Shown here one piece after another: positions 41,201 to 55,391 of a DNA stretch of 64,000 bases (the first letter of the stretch is position 1; each line of letters opens with the position of its first letter). This DNA comes from Octopus vulgaris. Taxonomy: Eukaryota. The stretch spans positions 132,742,001 to 132,806,000 of the forward strand of contig OX597816.1 in the NCBI GenBank assembly GCA_951406725.2. The letters are read 5' to 3'. The notes below the pieces were generated by a model, which saw only the letters and a program-made list of their open reading frames with translations, was not told where the DNA came from and did no database searches. Made by a program: the position numbers and the translations under genes.

Positions 41201-44200
41201 GTTTTTAGTATTCTTTCAAAGAAAATCATCTGAACTGCATCACACAAACCTATTTTATATATTATATACAATACTGTTATAGGAGATCATCCCTAATTTC
41301 ACTTGACCCTGTTTTTTTAACTCCTTTAAAATTTATCGGATTTTCATTTTGTATCATTGAGTGCTTGCATTTAATAAAATACTGCGTATTTGTCTCCCCA
41401 AGTGGACTACTTCACATGGTACTTAATGACGCTCATGATAAAATATCTTAAGTAATAACAATAATCTGACAAAAGGAAATCATTTGTCTAAAACAATTTA
41501 TTTTCCAAATCTTTTTGTAACAGTAATGACTTGACACTGTTATTTTATTCAAATTTATTTTATTAACATCAGGAAGATAAAAATGTCAGAATTGGCTGAA
41601 GTGGGAATTAAATTCAGAATTTAATACTAAGAATGACTCAAAAATGATATTTTATCTACTTCTTGTATTTAGTCTTGCAAGAATTCTATGGCTGTGTGTT
41701 TAAGAAGCTCACTTTGCAACCACACACTTTTGTGTTCAATACCACTGTGGCACTTTGGGCGAGTATCTTCTATAGCCCTGAGCCGGACAATGCCTTGTGA
41801 GTGAATTTAGTAGACTGAAACTGCTGTAAAGCTCATTACATACATACATGCATGCATGCATGCATGCATGCATGCATGCATGCATGCATGTATGTATGTA
41901 TGTATGTATGTATGTATGTATGTATGTATGTATGTATGTATGAATGAATGAATGAATGAATGAATGAATGAATGAATGAATGAATGAATGAATGACGCCA
42001 ACCACTCTCGGAGTGGTTGGCATTAGGAAGGGCATCCAGCTGTAGAAATTCTGCCAGATCAAGACTGGTTCGCCTGGTGCAGCCATCTGGTTCGCCAGCC
42101 CTCAGTCATTCGCCCAACCCATGCAAGCATGGAAAGCGGGTGTTAAACGATGATGTTAATGATGTATGTATACATGTGTGTCTGTTTGTCTCCCTCCACC
42201 TCTTGACAAATGATGTTGGTTGTTTATGTTCCTGTAATGTAGTGGTTCAGCAAAAACACTGATAGAATAAGTATCAGACTCTAATATATAAGTACTGGGA
42301 TTAATTTTTTTGATAACTAGTGGTACTCCAACATGTTTACATCCAGTGACTGAAACAAGTGCAAAAAAGATAATATATAATCCAAAAGACCAATCATTTA
42401 CACAAGAGATATTATTCTGTAAAATGACTTTCAGATACTTCATAAGCTGCATTTTTAAAATTATAAATTTGGTCTTGTCTTCTGCTCTAATCAGGATAAA
42501 ATGGCAAGTTCTTCAAAGTAGGAAGCTAGTTCTCTATAAACAAGGTTTGATTCTTGGTTATTATCAGTTATTAAAGAAATAAGTTAGTAAATAAGTTACG
42601 TGCAGGTGGCACGTAAAAAACACCCACTACACTCGCGGAGTGGTTGGCGTTAGGAAGGGCATCCAGCCGTAGAAACACTGCCAGATCTGACTGGGCCTGA
42701 CGAAGCCTTCCAGCTTCACAGACCCCAGTTGACCCGTCCAACCCATGCTAGCATGGAAAGCGGACGCTAAACGATGATGATGATGATGATGATGATGAAG
42801 CTAGCTTTATAATTTTGTTTGTGCTGATAATAATATATTTTGCAAAAACAAGGTTATTATGATTCTTACCCAACTTATCTCCTGCATTCAGTATGGATTA
42901 TTTATCGATGGATACAACTGATTAATAAGTTTATCTAGTTGGCTCTGTTTCAGGATATGTATGTGTTGTTTAGCTGTGACCAGGTGGTAAATGTTTGACA
43001 AAACACATTGGTACTTAATATTAATAAGAGTAGAAATTAATATTATTAAATAATATCAATTTCAACTAGTGCTCAGCATACTTAAATATGTCCAAGGACT
43101 GTGAAATTTATTTAAACATAAACAATATGAGAGATCACTATATGGATCTCTTGTATGCTAAATATAGATGCCAAACCATCTTACCACTAAATCTGTGCTC
43201 TCAACTTAGTAAGATGCTAGATATTTATGAGCTAGACAAATGAAAAGAAATAAACATGCAAGGGATCCATATAGTGATCTCTCATATTGTTACTAGTACT
43301 TAATAGTATATGATAATATTACAAAGTAAAACAGAAGTGAACATAACAATGTCTGTGTTTTGAAAGGTTAACATGGCTCTATCTTAAAGCAGTGAGCTGG
43401 CTGAATTGTTATCATGCCAGATGAAATGCTTTGTGGCATTTCTTTTGGATTTTTATGCTCTAAGTTCAAATACCACCAAGGTTGATTTTGCCTTTCATTT
43501 TTTCAGGGCTGATAAAGTGAATCGCCTCAAATACTTGTCTTGTACCCAAATTAGAAAGGAATTAGAGTCTATCTCTGTTGAACAAATAAAAGCTTTTGAT
43601 TGTTTTTTGTTTATTGTATATTGTTTATATTCATTCAGTAACATTGAATATATTCATAAGAAAATTTTATTTCTTATTTTATCCTTCTGACAGGATCATC
43701 AAACAACACGTCCTAATGTTGTGAAAAAATGGATTGGTACTCAGCAAAAGCAGAAATTTGTGTAAGTACTTCCCTAAACATTATTTAATATGCATTTTAT
43801 TTTTATTAGCATTACAATGAATGCGGTTATATAATGAATCTGTTATAAAACTACATTTTTATTGCAGCGACAAAATTAAAATTAGACTAATTTAAAAACA
43901 AAAATTTTTTTTTTTATATATTCAAGGTTTCCTGTTCTGCGAAATGGAGCTGCTAAATTTAGCTGGATTTTTATGCACTCACAGTGGTTGTCTAAGGATG
44001 AAGACGAAGATATTAGCCAAATGTATATTACTGATTATGCTCGAATTTATTTCATAGAAGTCACCAATACAATATCAGGCGGTGCAGCAAGCTGTCAAAA
44101 ATGTCCAAGAGGAACACAGCAAGACGGGTATCAAAGAATTATATACTTTTTCACTGTTATTAAATGATTTTATAATTTTTCCCTTTTTGTGTTTTCTATG

Positions 44201-47200
44201 CATATTTTTCCTTATTCCTTAATTTCAAATTCAAACTTCTAATCCCACTAAATATTATGAAGAAATGATTATTTCCCTTATATTAACTGTCCACAAGGGT
44301 ATGCCACCTGTTTACCTTATTTACATTTTATGCCCATATCTCTGTGTTATGTCTATTTTAATGTCTATTTCTCAACACTATGTCAACTTTTATATCCATT
44401 TCACTATACTATGTCAATTTTTATGTTCATTACTTTTTATATCCATTTCTCAACATGATTTTGCTGTTATTAATAAATCCATCTTATTCAAGAACATTAC
44501 ACTAATTAGCATAATTGGTATATTTGACCAGTTTCAAGATTTAACACATACAGTACCTGTGTAATTTAACACATACAATACCTTAAATTCTTAAAATCCT
44601 TAAAAATGTTTTAGCTCAAAGGCCGCGGCCATACTGGGGCACCACCTGTGTTATTTCAATATAAAAAGTTTGTATTTTTGTGATATTTGGTTTGGTGATA
44701 AAAGAAAAGTACAAAATCTAATGAAATGATTCTATTTATTCTAACATTACTGTTAAAGGTCATAGTTTGTAAATGTTCCAGTTAATTTATGCAAAAGGTC
44801 ATATAATAGTTTAGACATAAATTCCAGCTGTTTATCTCTCTTTTTTAATCAGTAGTATTTACTCTAAGTTAAAACAAATCAGCTAATAAAAATATCTCTC
44901 GTGGTTGCAACTAAATTAAAATTCTTAATTTATCTGTCATTCTTCAAAATTTTGGCATTAAACTAAATTTAGATGAGCATTAAAATATTTTTATGAAATA
45001 TGTCTTACTGTAATCTTAACAAATACCAGTGATAAGAAATAAAATGCTAGAATTTAGAGACTAGTCTGACAAGGTTCATAAATCATGAAAGGCTTGAAAT
45101 ATTTCTTGACATGGCTTGACATTACTACTTGTATTCAAATTGCAACAAGATAATAACATGAAGGCATTGAAATACTTAGAAGTAGTATTTCTAACTACTT
45201 CTAAGAATAGTGGTAACAAAATTTTTTGCACATTATGTGTCCTTATTAACATATAGACAAATGTATTTTAAAGATGTATTTTCCTATTTATGAATGGTAA
45301 AGTATCTATATATAATATGAAAATATTTTGACAAAATTGTTACTGTAATGATTCTTTGTTATCAGGTTAAAATTACTGAATCCTTTAAATGTGAAAGGGA
45401 TTATTGAAAGTTGATCTCTGCTTGGTTTCATATCTTGGCACAAGGCCAGCCATTTCAGGGAAGGGGCTAAGTTGATTAAATTAACCTCAGTGCTCAACTA
45501 GTACTTATTTTATTGACCCTGAAAGGATGAAAGGCAAAGTCAATCCTTGTGGCATTTGGACCCAGAACATAGAGACAGACGAAATGATTGTTAAATATTC
45601 ATTGGACATACTCCTGAATTTATACTGATATAAATAGAAAAATGTATATATTACACTAATGGCAAATCACAAAATCTTTTATATTGTCCCTTGTGTAATT
45701 GTGGAGATTATAAAATCATACATGTAGAATTTTATGTTTCTAGAACTATGCCTCACATCTTAAGGAAACATTTGATTAAATTTTGTACTCCACTATAAAA
45801 GTAATATCACTTTTGAAGTTGAAACAGTCAAATATATGATAAATAATTTCGTTTTTTAAAAATTGAATGAAGTTCAGTGCTGTGGAATAATAATGAATGA
45901 AGTTTTTTTTAAGAGCTAGTTATTCTGAAAAGCAATTTTGATAAAGTATATTGTTCCCATCTTTGTTGCCCTCTCTGAAATGCTGTTTTGTACCTTCAGA
46001 GGGTGTGGTTACCTAGTTTGAGAAGTCATTTAGCAAAATTTCTCTTGTGAAATGCACCATTGAAATCTTGAAGCTACAAGATAGTGTGTGATTAATTCGA
46101 AACAACGTGAATAAATAAGCTTTACATTTGACAAAGAAATTTGAATGCTAAAGGGCTAACACCAATTGTGTTAATAACATTAAAAGCATAAACACTGCCT
46201 GGGAGTTACTTGACAAAATGCATGAGTCAAACATTAGCACAATATGTCCATTATGTCTACACCTATTTATTGTTACTAAACACAAATACAAGCATCAAAC
46301 CTAAATAATAAATTATCACATACTTGTAACTACAAAGTATAGACATTTTAAAATAAGATACAGGTAATAGAAATATCATGAAAATGGCCATTGCCATCTC
46401 CAGAATTATAGAACTTGAAAACCTTAAAACATTAACCTTTTGGTATTCAGGTTATTCTGTCTAATGTAGTGCTAATTTATTCACATTGTTTTGAATTAAT
46501 CATACTTGTTTTGTTGCTTTAGGATTTCAGTGATGTAATTGTTTATTTTTAGAATAACATTGTATGGTGTGTGAGAGGCTGGATCTAACTTATTTAGGCA
46601 TAAAACACAGAATATTTTGGCCTGATGCAGGTAGTTTAAATGCTAAATGGGTAAAACAAACTAGCAACCAAAACATACGAGGGGGTGCTGAAAAGTTCCT
46701 GGCTTTAAGGATATGGCAAAAGGCCTGGTTGGCGGCCCAACCTTCCAAGTTCTTTTACAGGGCTTAGAACAACTAAAAGACCGCTGCAATAAGTGTGTGA
46801 ATCTGAGAGGGGAATATGTTGAATAAAATCATAATTAACTGATCCTCCTGTATTTTTTTAACCAAAGCCAGGAACTTTTTAGCATTCCTTTGTATTGAAC
46901 AGAATTCATTGAACATAGTTGAAAACATGCATTGCAACTTCATAAAACAGAGATATGAGAGAAGAGAGAGTTGGAGAGAAAAATATATTTACAGCGACCT
47001 TTACTATTATATATTATTTTTCTGTTACAGCTGTGTTCCCTGTCCAGATGGACACTATATTGATGTGAACTCTACTAAGTGTACTCCGTGCCCACCAAAT
47101 ACTGTAGTTCATTCTGGTAATGCCTGGGGAATAGAGTCATGTAAACCTTGTGGACCAGGATTGCATGCTGTTGATGGACGCCAATGTATCTCCAACTGTA

Positions 47201-47913
47201 CCTACAAAGATGTAAAGAATAACCGGCATTATGACTTCGAAAGTCTTGCTGGGTAAGTTTGTTATTTTCTGTTAAAACGATTGAAATTACTGTTTCTTTC
47301 TTTCTCAGTCCTTAAACCTTCCGACACAAATGAACATGTACTTCTAGTCTGTCTTGAGACTCTATTGCCTCTCTTCCATTGCCATCTGTTCAAAGTCCTC
47401 TGAATTTTCTTGTTCTATAATGTACCTGGGAGGTAGAATGACTGCTACACTAAATGCCATATTGTCTTCAGTTGTACCAGTAGAAAAGATGCTTATGATA
47501 GATATTGTCTTCACCACCACCATCATCATCATCATCGTCATCATCATCCTTTACTGTCCGTCTTCCATGCTGGCATGGGTTGGATGGTTTGGCCAGAGCT
47601 GGGAAACTGGACCAGGTTCCAGTCTGATTTGGCTTGGTTTATATGGCTGGATGCCCTTCCTAATGTTAGCCACTTTACAGTATGTGCTGGGTGCTTTTAA
47701 TATGCCACCAGCATGAGTGCCTTTACGTGGCACCAGCACGAGTGCTTTTTACATGGTATGGCACTGTGACACCAGCACAATGTGGCACTGATATGAAGAA
47801 AATAGTAAAGTATATACACACACACACATATATAGTGACAAAGGGTACTAAATGGTAGCAGCATTGTTAGAAATAAGAGTCAAAACAACTTAATAGCCAC
47901 AAATGTACAGTCT

Positions 47914-47944
<31 letters not shown>

Positions 47945-50900
47945 CTACAAAATTAGAGAATGGAGAAACATACTTAAATCAGTAAAACATCAACTATCCG
48001 ATGATACTCAATCCATACTTTAATACACCATTACATATGAGTAAAGGCAATATATAAATATAAAATGAAATGAGATATACAGTAATAGTAAAAGTAAAAA
48101 GATAAAGAGATATAAGTAAAAAATTTCATCCCATGGTGGGTTGAATTTTCAACCCCTATCTCATTTTATATATATATATATATATACAAGCCTACATACA
48201 TACAATCATCATCATTTTAATGTCCATTCTCCATGCTGGCATGGGTTGGATGGTTTGACAGGAACTGGTGAGCTAAGGAGCTTCAACAGGCTCCATTCTC
48301 TGTTTTGAATGGTTTCTACAGCTGGAGGCCCTTCCTAATGCCAGCCATTTTACAGAGTGTACTTGGTGCTTTTTACATGGCACTAGCATGAGTGGTATCA
48401 CCAAGTAACTTGTAAGATAAAGATCCCTGACTAGTTGGTGGTGGGGAGTAGTATTGAGAGAGGTGGCTCTGTGCCAGTAGAGATGTTAAAGTATAATAGG
48501 GGATAGAGATAGGTGCTTTGCTATAGTGGAGATACTTGACAACCACAGCTGCGAAAAGAAAAGAGAGATAAAGATAGAGAATAAGAAAGGCAAACACAAG
48601 AGAGAGAGAGAGAGAGAGATGATAGTGGAGATGTATTGGGATATGTTTTACAGAGTACAGTGAGATAAATATAAATGAATGTAAGTGGTACAGAGGATTA
48701 GACAGGATGAGTGGGCAGGGAGGGATAGAGGTGGGGGATGTTTCATTAGAGTGTGATGGGAGATGGTTAGAGATGGGTCAGAGGTAACTAGCAGGTGATA
48801 GAACTGGCTCAAGGGGGCTGTATTTTCCTTTATTATATCCTTTTATTTTAAATCATCTTTCCTATCTATGTACCCCACCCATTTTACTAATTATTGGTTA
48901 TAAATTTTGACATAAGACCAGTGATTTTGGAGAAAATGGTAAGTCAATTACATCAACCTCCAATACTCAACTGGTGTTTATTTTATCAACCCTAAACTCA
49001 GAATGTTAAGATGGATGAAATTCTGCTAAGCATTTCATCTAGTATGCTAACGATTCTGCTAGCTTGCCACCTTAGAATTAATATCAATGTTAGGATTATT
49101 TAAATATGTAAAAAAAAAATGCATTGGGTTTTCTCTGTGTGCTGCAAAGTAAAATCTGATGCCAGTGATACAGTTTCAGTAGGAAATGTGCTAACTTGAA
49201 TAAATGTAGTTACCATGAGGAATAAAAGGGTGTCTCATCAATAAAAGGCTTGTAGTCTTAACCCTTTTTTTCGTATATTTCTGTGGAAGAATGCAATCTT
49301 TGTTCCTATTAATTGTAAAAATAATGAAGAATTTAGTAAAATAACTGTCATTATAAATTGGTGTCTGGGATATAAATTAATGTGAAATTTTGATGGGAAG
49401 TTTTAAGTTAGATTACATTAAAACGGGAAGTTTGTATCATGGAACCAAAGGCAGTCCTATGCAGGTTGATATCAAAATATTTACATGTCGTATCTCTTTT
49501 GTTCAGTTATTACATTTACTGTCTGCTTTATAATTGATATCATTTACATGAATGCATATCATTTTTGTCTCCCTTACACATTTTTAACTTCCCTTGAAAC
49601 GTGACTATTGTAGGGGTTAATGCAGTTTTGCACCTCTCCTTGATAAATGCATTTTTTGGAAAGTTTTTTTCAGATTCCTATGTTTTAGATGTCAGAGATT
49701 GCAAATATGCAAAAACAAAATTAAGTGGGGTGAAATTAAAATGTAGGAATCCAAAAAATGCATTTTTCAAGGGGAGGTGCTAAACTGCATTAGCCCCCTA
49801 TTTTACATAGCCTCATCAAATATAGGAGAAACAGTTAAGTCACTGATGGAGATGCTGCTAGTTTGGTTTACAGTTTTCCCTCTTTCCTTTACAACTACAT
49901 AGTAACATTTATTCTGACCAGACTCCGACCTTATTTTCTTTGAGACTTTTGTAAACAGTGTAAGGCTCTTTTTCATCTCATGCATACTCTTGACATATAG
50001 TTTCAAGTCATTCACAAAGAAAGGATTTATTTTTTTTACCAGAATACATAATTATCGTTATCTTATCTCATTTTTTTTTGTCCACTCAATCCTGGGAAGG
50101 TCGTGGTGGCAGTCCTCAAGTATACCTTCCATTGGGTCTTGTCAGAAGCAACCGTCTCCAATTGATCTGGTTGGATCCTCAAGCAAGACCAACTGAGCTC
50201 ATGGATGTTTTCTGACCATTTTGCTTCTGGTCTACTGCTGGGTCTTCTGCCAGTTGGTTTTGTTCATAAAACCTGTCCTGTGATAATTTTCATTATCATT
50301 ATTTTTTAAATTCTATCTCAGTGACAATTGTTTTCCTAACTGGAAATGAAAAACTTCACCTTATATATGTTTATGTAAAATTCTGTTGATGTTCATTATA
50401 GGACTCTTTCACATGTGCTATTGATTTCTTATATATGCACAATGTTACAAATGTCAATGTTGGTTGTGAAAGAGGGACACAGTCAATTGTATTGAACTTA
50501 ATAGTTGACTAATACTTATTTTATCAACTCTGGAAGTATGTAAAAGGAGATAACTAAATAATGTCACATGACATCTTATCTGATATTTTAATGATCTTGT
50601 AGTGATGCTGCCGGGTAAGGTTCAGTGCACATGCGCAGAATTGGATTACTTCCGGTTGGCCACCGGAAGTCTTCCTCATGCGCATGTGCAGGAACTGACC
50701 CCTAAAACGCGGTTCGCTAACTCATTCTTTCGAGAACGGACGTGTCTTGACTGTCTCTCTGAGGACCTCATCCCAACCAAGCGGGAGTGAACCCGACAAA
50801 TCGTTTGACTAACAACAAGAAAGCGTAGCAATCAGCTCTGCAGATTCGGTTGTCGGTTTCCCACTAGAGAACACGTGCAACCGAGAATAAACAACCATTT

Positions 50901-53900
50901 ACTGTGATCGTAGACCGCCTGACTTTGTCTCTGTTATTCTACCTAAATTGTATGTGACGGGATCAGATCGGACACCCCTCCAGTGATACCAAACCTGATC
51001 CTGTTACAATCTGTTAATACTCCACCCTATTCACATAGATTATTTACAATAAGATGAAAATGCTAAAATTTTGTGTACAATTGAACAATTTCAGGTTTTT
51101 GTTTCCCACATTTTCCATTCACAATATAGTGTGCATACACATTCTTGATTGCAGGAATAATCTATTTCTGGACCAATCAAAACAAACATACATTTATTTT
51201 TAGCAAATCTGTATTTAGTTGTGTTGACTTAGCTGAACAATTCCATGCCACAAATGAATCATCTTGGTTAAATAACTGTGAAAGAATTATTATTGCAAGT
51301 GGAGAATATCATTTCACTGAATAAATGGTGTAGAAAAATCTGTCATGCATAGAACTTGAATAAACCTGGTACATATAGTGTAGGTATTGGGAAACACAAC
51401 AAGATTTTGTGGTTGCTATTGTTTTACTACTGGTGAATCCCAGTTGATCAGACCTGTGATCAAGTGTTCCACTTAATTGTTCTGTTTCTATTTAAGCACA
51501 GTATACTTTTTTTTTTCCACATTAGTAGTCTGCTATTTGAGTAGCATTTGACTATTATTTATAGTAGGTTAAGTGGTTACATAGAGAATTCCTCTTAGGC
51601 ACATATTGTAGCAGACTGGCTCAGTGGGATTGTGCCAGGCCAGAGGCTAGGTGGTTGAGAACTGAATCTGCAGGTAGTAGTTGGTGAATGTGAAAAACCA
51701 GGTAACTGGAACTTGAGAAATCTTCTTGGTTTTTGTTGATTAGAGTTATTAATCTTGTTTCTATTTGTCTCCTATTTACAGCTTTCAACATGTAATTGGA
51801 GGACATCTATTTACCTCAGCTGGCACCCAGTACTATCATGGCTTCAACATCACTCTCTGTGGATCTCCAGATGGGCCTAAAGCTCAGTGTATAAATAATG
51901 TCACTACGCTACCCAAAGAGGTAAAAAATTAATTTATCTTAACCTTATAAGTTTACTCTAGAAATGAGAAATCTTATCAATGGAAATTTAGAAATTCATT
52001 TTTAAGTAAATGTTTGTTTATTTGTTTTTAGAATTATGGTACCACTTATATGGCAAGTATTCTTTGTTGAGTTTTCCATCTAGTTTATCCTGCTTATTGC
52101 TTCAATATCTGGATTTAAGTCAGCATGACAAAATAGTAACAAACCTAAATGAAGACCAACCTTCTACTGTTGTTATTTGAGAGAGTTCTTCTAAACTATC
52201 CATTAAGTTTTCTGTTACACTAGAGCTTGTGTCTTTTCAAAATACTGTCCAAAAGATTAGTTGGACATAAGTCTGCAAACTTTCTGAACCCAAGCAGAAA
52301 TATTTATTGCTATAGTTGGTGTAGCCGTGTGGTCAAGATGTTTTCCTTCCAACCATGTAGATTTGGGTTCAGTCCCACTGCATGTCACTTAAGCAAGTGC
52401 AGTTTACTATAACTCTGGGCTGACCAAAGCCTTGTGTGTGGATTTGGTAGATAGAATCTGAAGGAAGCCTATCATATATATTTGTGTGTGTGTGTGTGTG
52501 TGTGTATGCCTATATATGCCTATATCTTTGTCTTGACATCCATATGATGGTCATAGAAGAGCATTGCCATCAGACATGCAATATTGTTCATTTCCAGACT
52601 TGAATGAAAAACATATCTGGTCATAGGGAAAGTGATTGTTTAATTTATAACATGACCATTGAAACCAACCTGCCTTGTTGTGCATATCATTACGCAATGT
52701 ATGTTTTTAAGCTGATTTGCATTTCCTCCTGTGCAATTTTCATAATAAATCAGATCATCATCATCATCGTTGTTTTTGTTGATGCCATCATCATCATTGC
52801 CATTGTTGCCATCATCATCATCATAGCTTCACCACCACCACCACCATCATCATGCATGTTGACAAAACTCTATGGGCACTATCATTTCCTCTGGTATTGA
52901 CAAACTGCATCATAAAAGGAAAAATGTATTGTCAGTATCCTCCTCCTCCACATCATCATCATCTCTGTGTACATTGTGACCATCATCATCATCATCATCA
53001 TAATCTTGTTGTGGTTGCCTCCCATTAGAAGGTCAAAGGTGCAATTCAAGTAGATGTAGCAGAATGGTTTCTTCAACTCAAACTAACTCAAGGTTTCTAA
53101 CCTTAGGATTGCGAACTTGACTGCAAGGACTGTACTCGGCTGAGTTTGACAATGCAATTTGCTTTCCACACAGAAAATGGTTCCATGTCAAAAATTGTTC
53201 CATTGGGACTTTGTAATCATTCTTATCATCATTACTATCATCATTATCATCATCAGTAGATGTTTTTTGCTTATTTATCCGACATTCTCCATATTGGACT
53301 TCCTTCAGTTTTCCAGCTTCTTCTTTATACACTCTGTCGTATTGTATGTATAGATTTATATTTCTTGACATATGCGCGCGCGTGTGTTGATTGTGTTTTT
53401 GCAGTCAAGTGTGGTGATTTATATTCATCATCACCATCATCATCGACTTCATCATCAACTTCATCATCATCATAATTGACCTCATTATCTTCATTATCGT
53501 CATCAGGTGTCATCATCATCATAATTATTCCAGACAATGTTGATGGCATCATTTCATTATCATTATTCATTGATGCTTCTGTGGATTGCAGATGAGCATG
53601 ATATATATTTTATCCCTCGGCTGATTTATCTGTCTGCAGGTTTACATGTGCAAACTCCTTATTTCTACTTACCCAAATTTCTGTGTCTTCCAGGTTGGCA
53701 ATGAACCTTCAAGCTCTTTTCCTATTATTAGGCTTACCTGATTACCATTTTCATATTTATTTGTCTTTGTTGCAGCTTTGCTCCCTCCCTCCCTCCCTCT
53801 CTACCCCTCTTTCCTCTCATGTGTGTGTATGCATATGTATATATTATAGATATGCACATATATATTTGTGTGTATATATATATATACCTCAGCATGGCTG

Positions 53901-53945
53901 CAGCTTTGAGTTGAAACCAATAAAAGGATATTATATATATGTATG

Positions 53946-53988
<43 letters not shown>

Positions 53989-55167
53989 TAGCAACGCATC
54001 CGTCCTTTGGATGGTTTAATTTGCTTTGGTGGTATATTTTTCACCAAATAATTGAACTATCATGAAGGTTTATGAGTAGCATGGCAATCTATGTTTCCAG
54101 TTAACCTAGGAATGGAAAATCAAATTGAAGGCTGGTTATTGTGGAGGTCATTGCACTTTAATGATCATAGACCATATAAGTTTGTAAATGTTGCAAAGTA
54201 GAGCTACTGAAGTGTTTTGGAAGTAGATTATGGATAATGACTACAAAATATAGTTGTTTTATATGAAAGCAAAATTTCTTGTCAGAAACAGCCACATAAA
54301 TGGTGTAATGAAATTGAAGGAAGACATGGAAACTTCCCCTCTGCGAGTTTATTTTTTTCAACAGCAAAGGGAGCTATTTTCTTGGAGAGATAAGCCAACA
54401 AAATCCCCTTTATTCTGTCTTCCCGCATAGCCTGTGCATAAACTGACAGTGAATGCTGCATAAAGTTAAATTGGTATGGAGCTTTCTGAAAGATATGTAT
54501 AGCTTTTGCTAGTAGAAGCCAGATAGTTTTTTAAAGGTTGATTCTTTGGGATGAATCATATGTGATTGTTTAAAAGAGGCTAGAATGACAATGGCAAAAC
54601 GTATTTGAAACAATGGACAACAGTTGATATATCATAAGATTAAAAAAGTATGGAAGACCCTACAGATTATAAAACAGCTGATTAATGCAAATGAATAGGA
54701 ATAATCTATTGTTGGTTTCCCACTGCTCTAGAGGCCTCAGTATCGATTTTTTAAAAGTCTAAGTAGCCTATGTTCAGGTCTAGGATATGAAGCAGCTGTG
54801 TATAAAATCTTTTAAAAATTGGATGAAATATGTAGAAGCTATTGAGGTACATTAAATTTTTGTACATGCTCTCACACACACGCGAAATTTCACTTTTAAA
54901 GATATTAAATAGATTAGATTAGTGTGTGTGTGTTTCCATGTTTGCATGTATGTATATGTTAGTGACAAAAAGCAACATAAAAACCCAGTTCTATATTTAA
55001 GAGATGTGGAATTATGTACATTATTTACATTATTTATATTTGACAGATATTTGTCATCATCTTGTTTGTTGTTAACATGTTTCAGCTGATATACCGTCCA
55101 GCCTTCATCAGGTGTCTTGGGGAAATTTCGAACCTGGGTTCTCATTCCTAAGGTAGTTTTCGATGTT

Positions 55168-55204
<37 letters not shown>

Positions 55205-55359
55205 TGTTTACTGCCTGGAAACGAACTCGGAATCTTGGGGTTAGTAGCCCGTGCTCTTAACCACTATGCCATACACATATGCCCACGGACATATGGCGTA
55301 GTGGTTAAGAGCGCGGGCTACTAACCCCAAGATTCCGAGTTCGTTTCCAGGCTGTAACC

Positions 55360-55391
<32 letters not shown>

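Noticed and set aside
55292-55352. tRNA gene (Ser-like anticodon loop)
   Set aside because: No complete acceptor stem or poly-T terminator; it is a SINE head present twice in inverted orientation.
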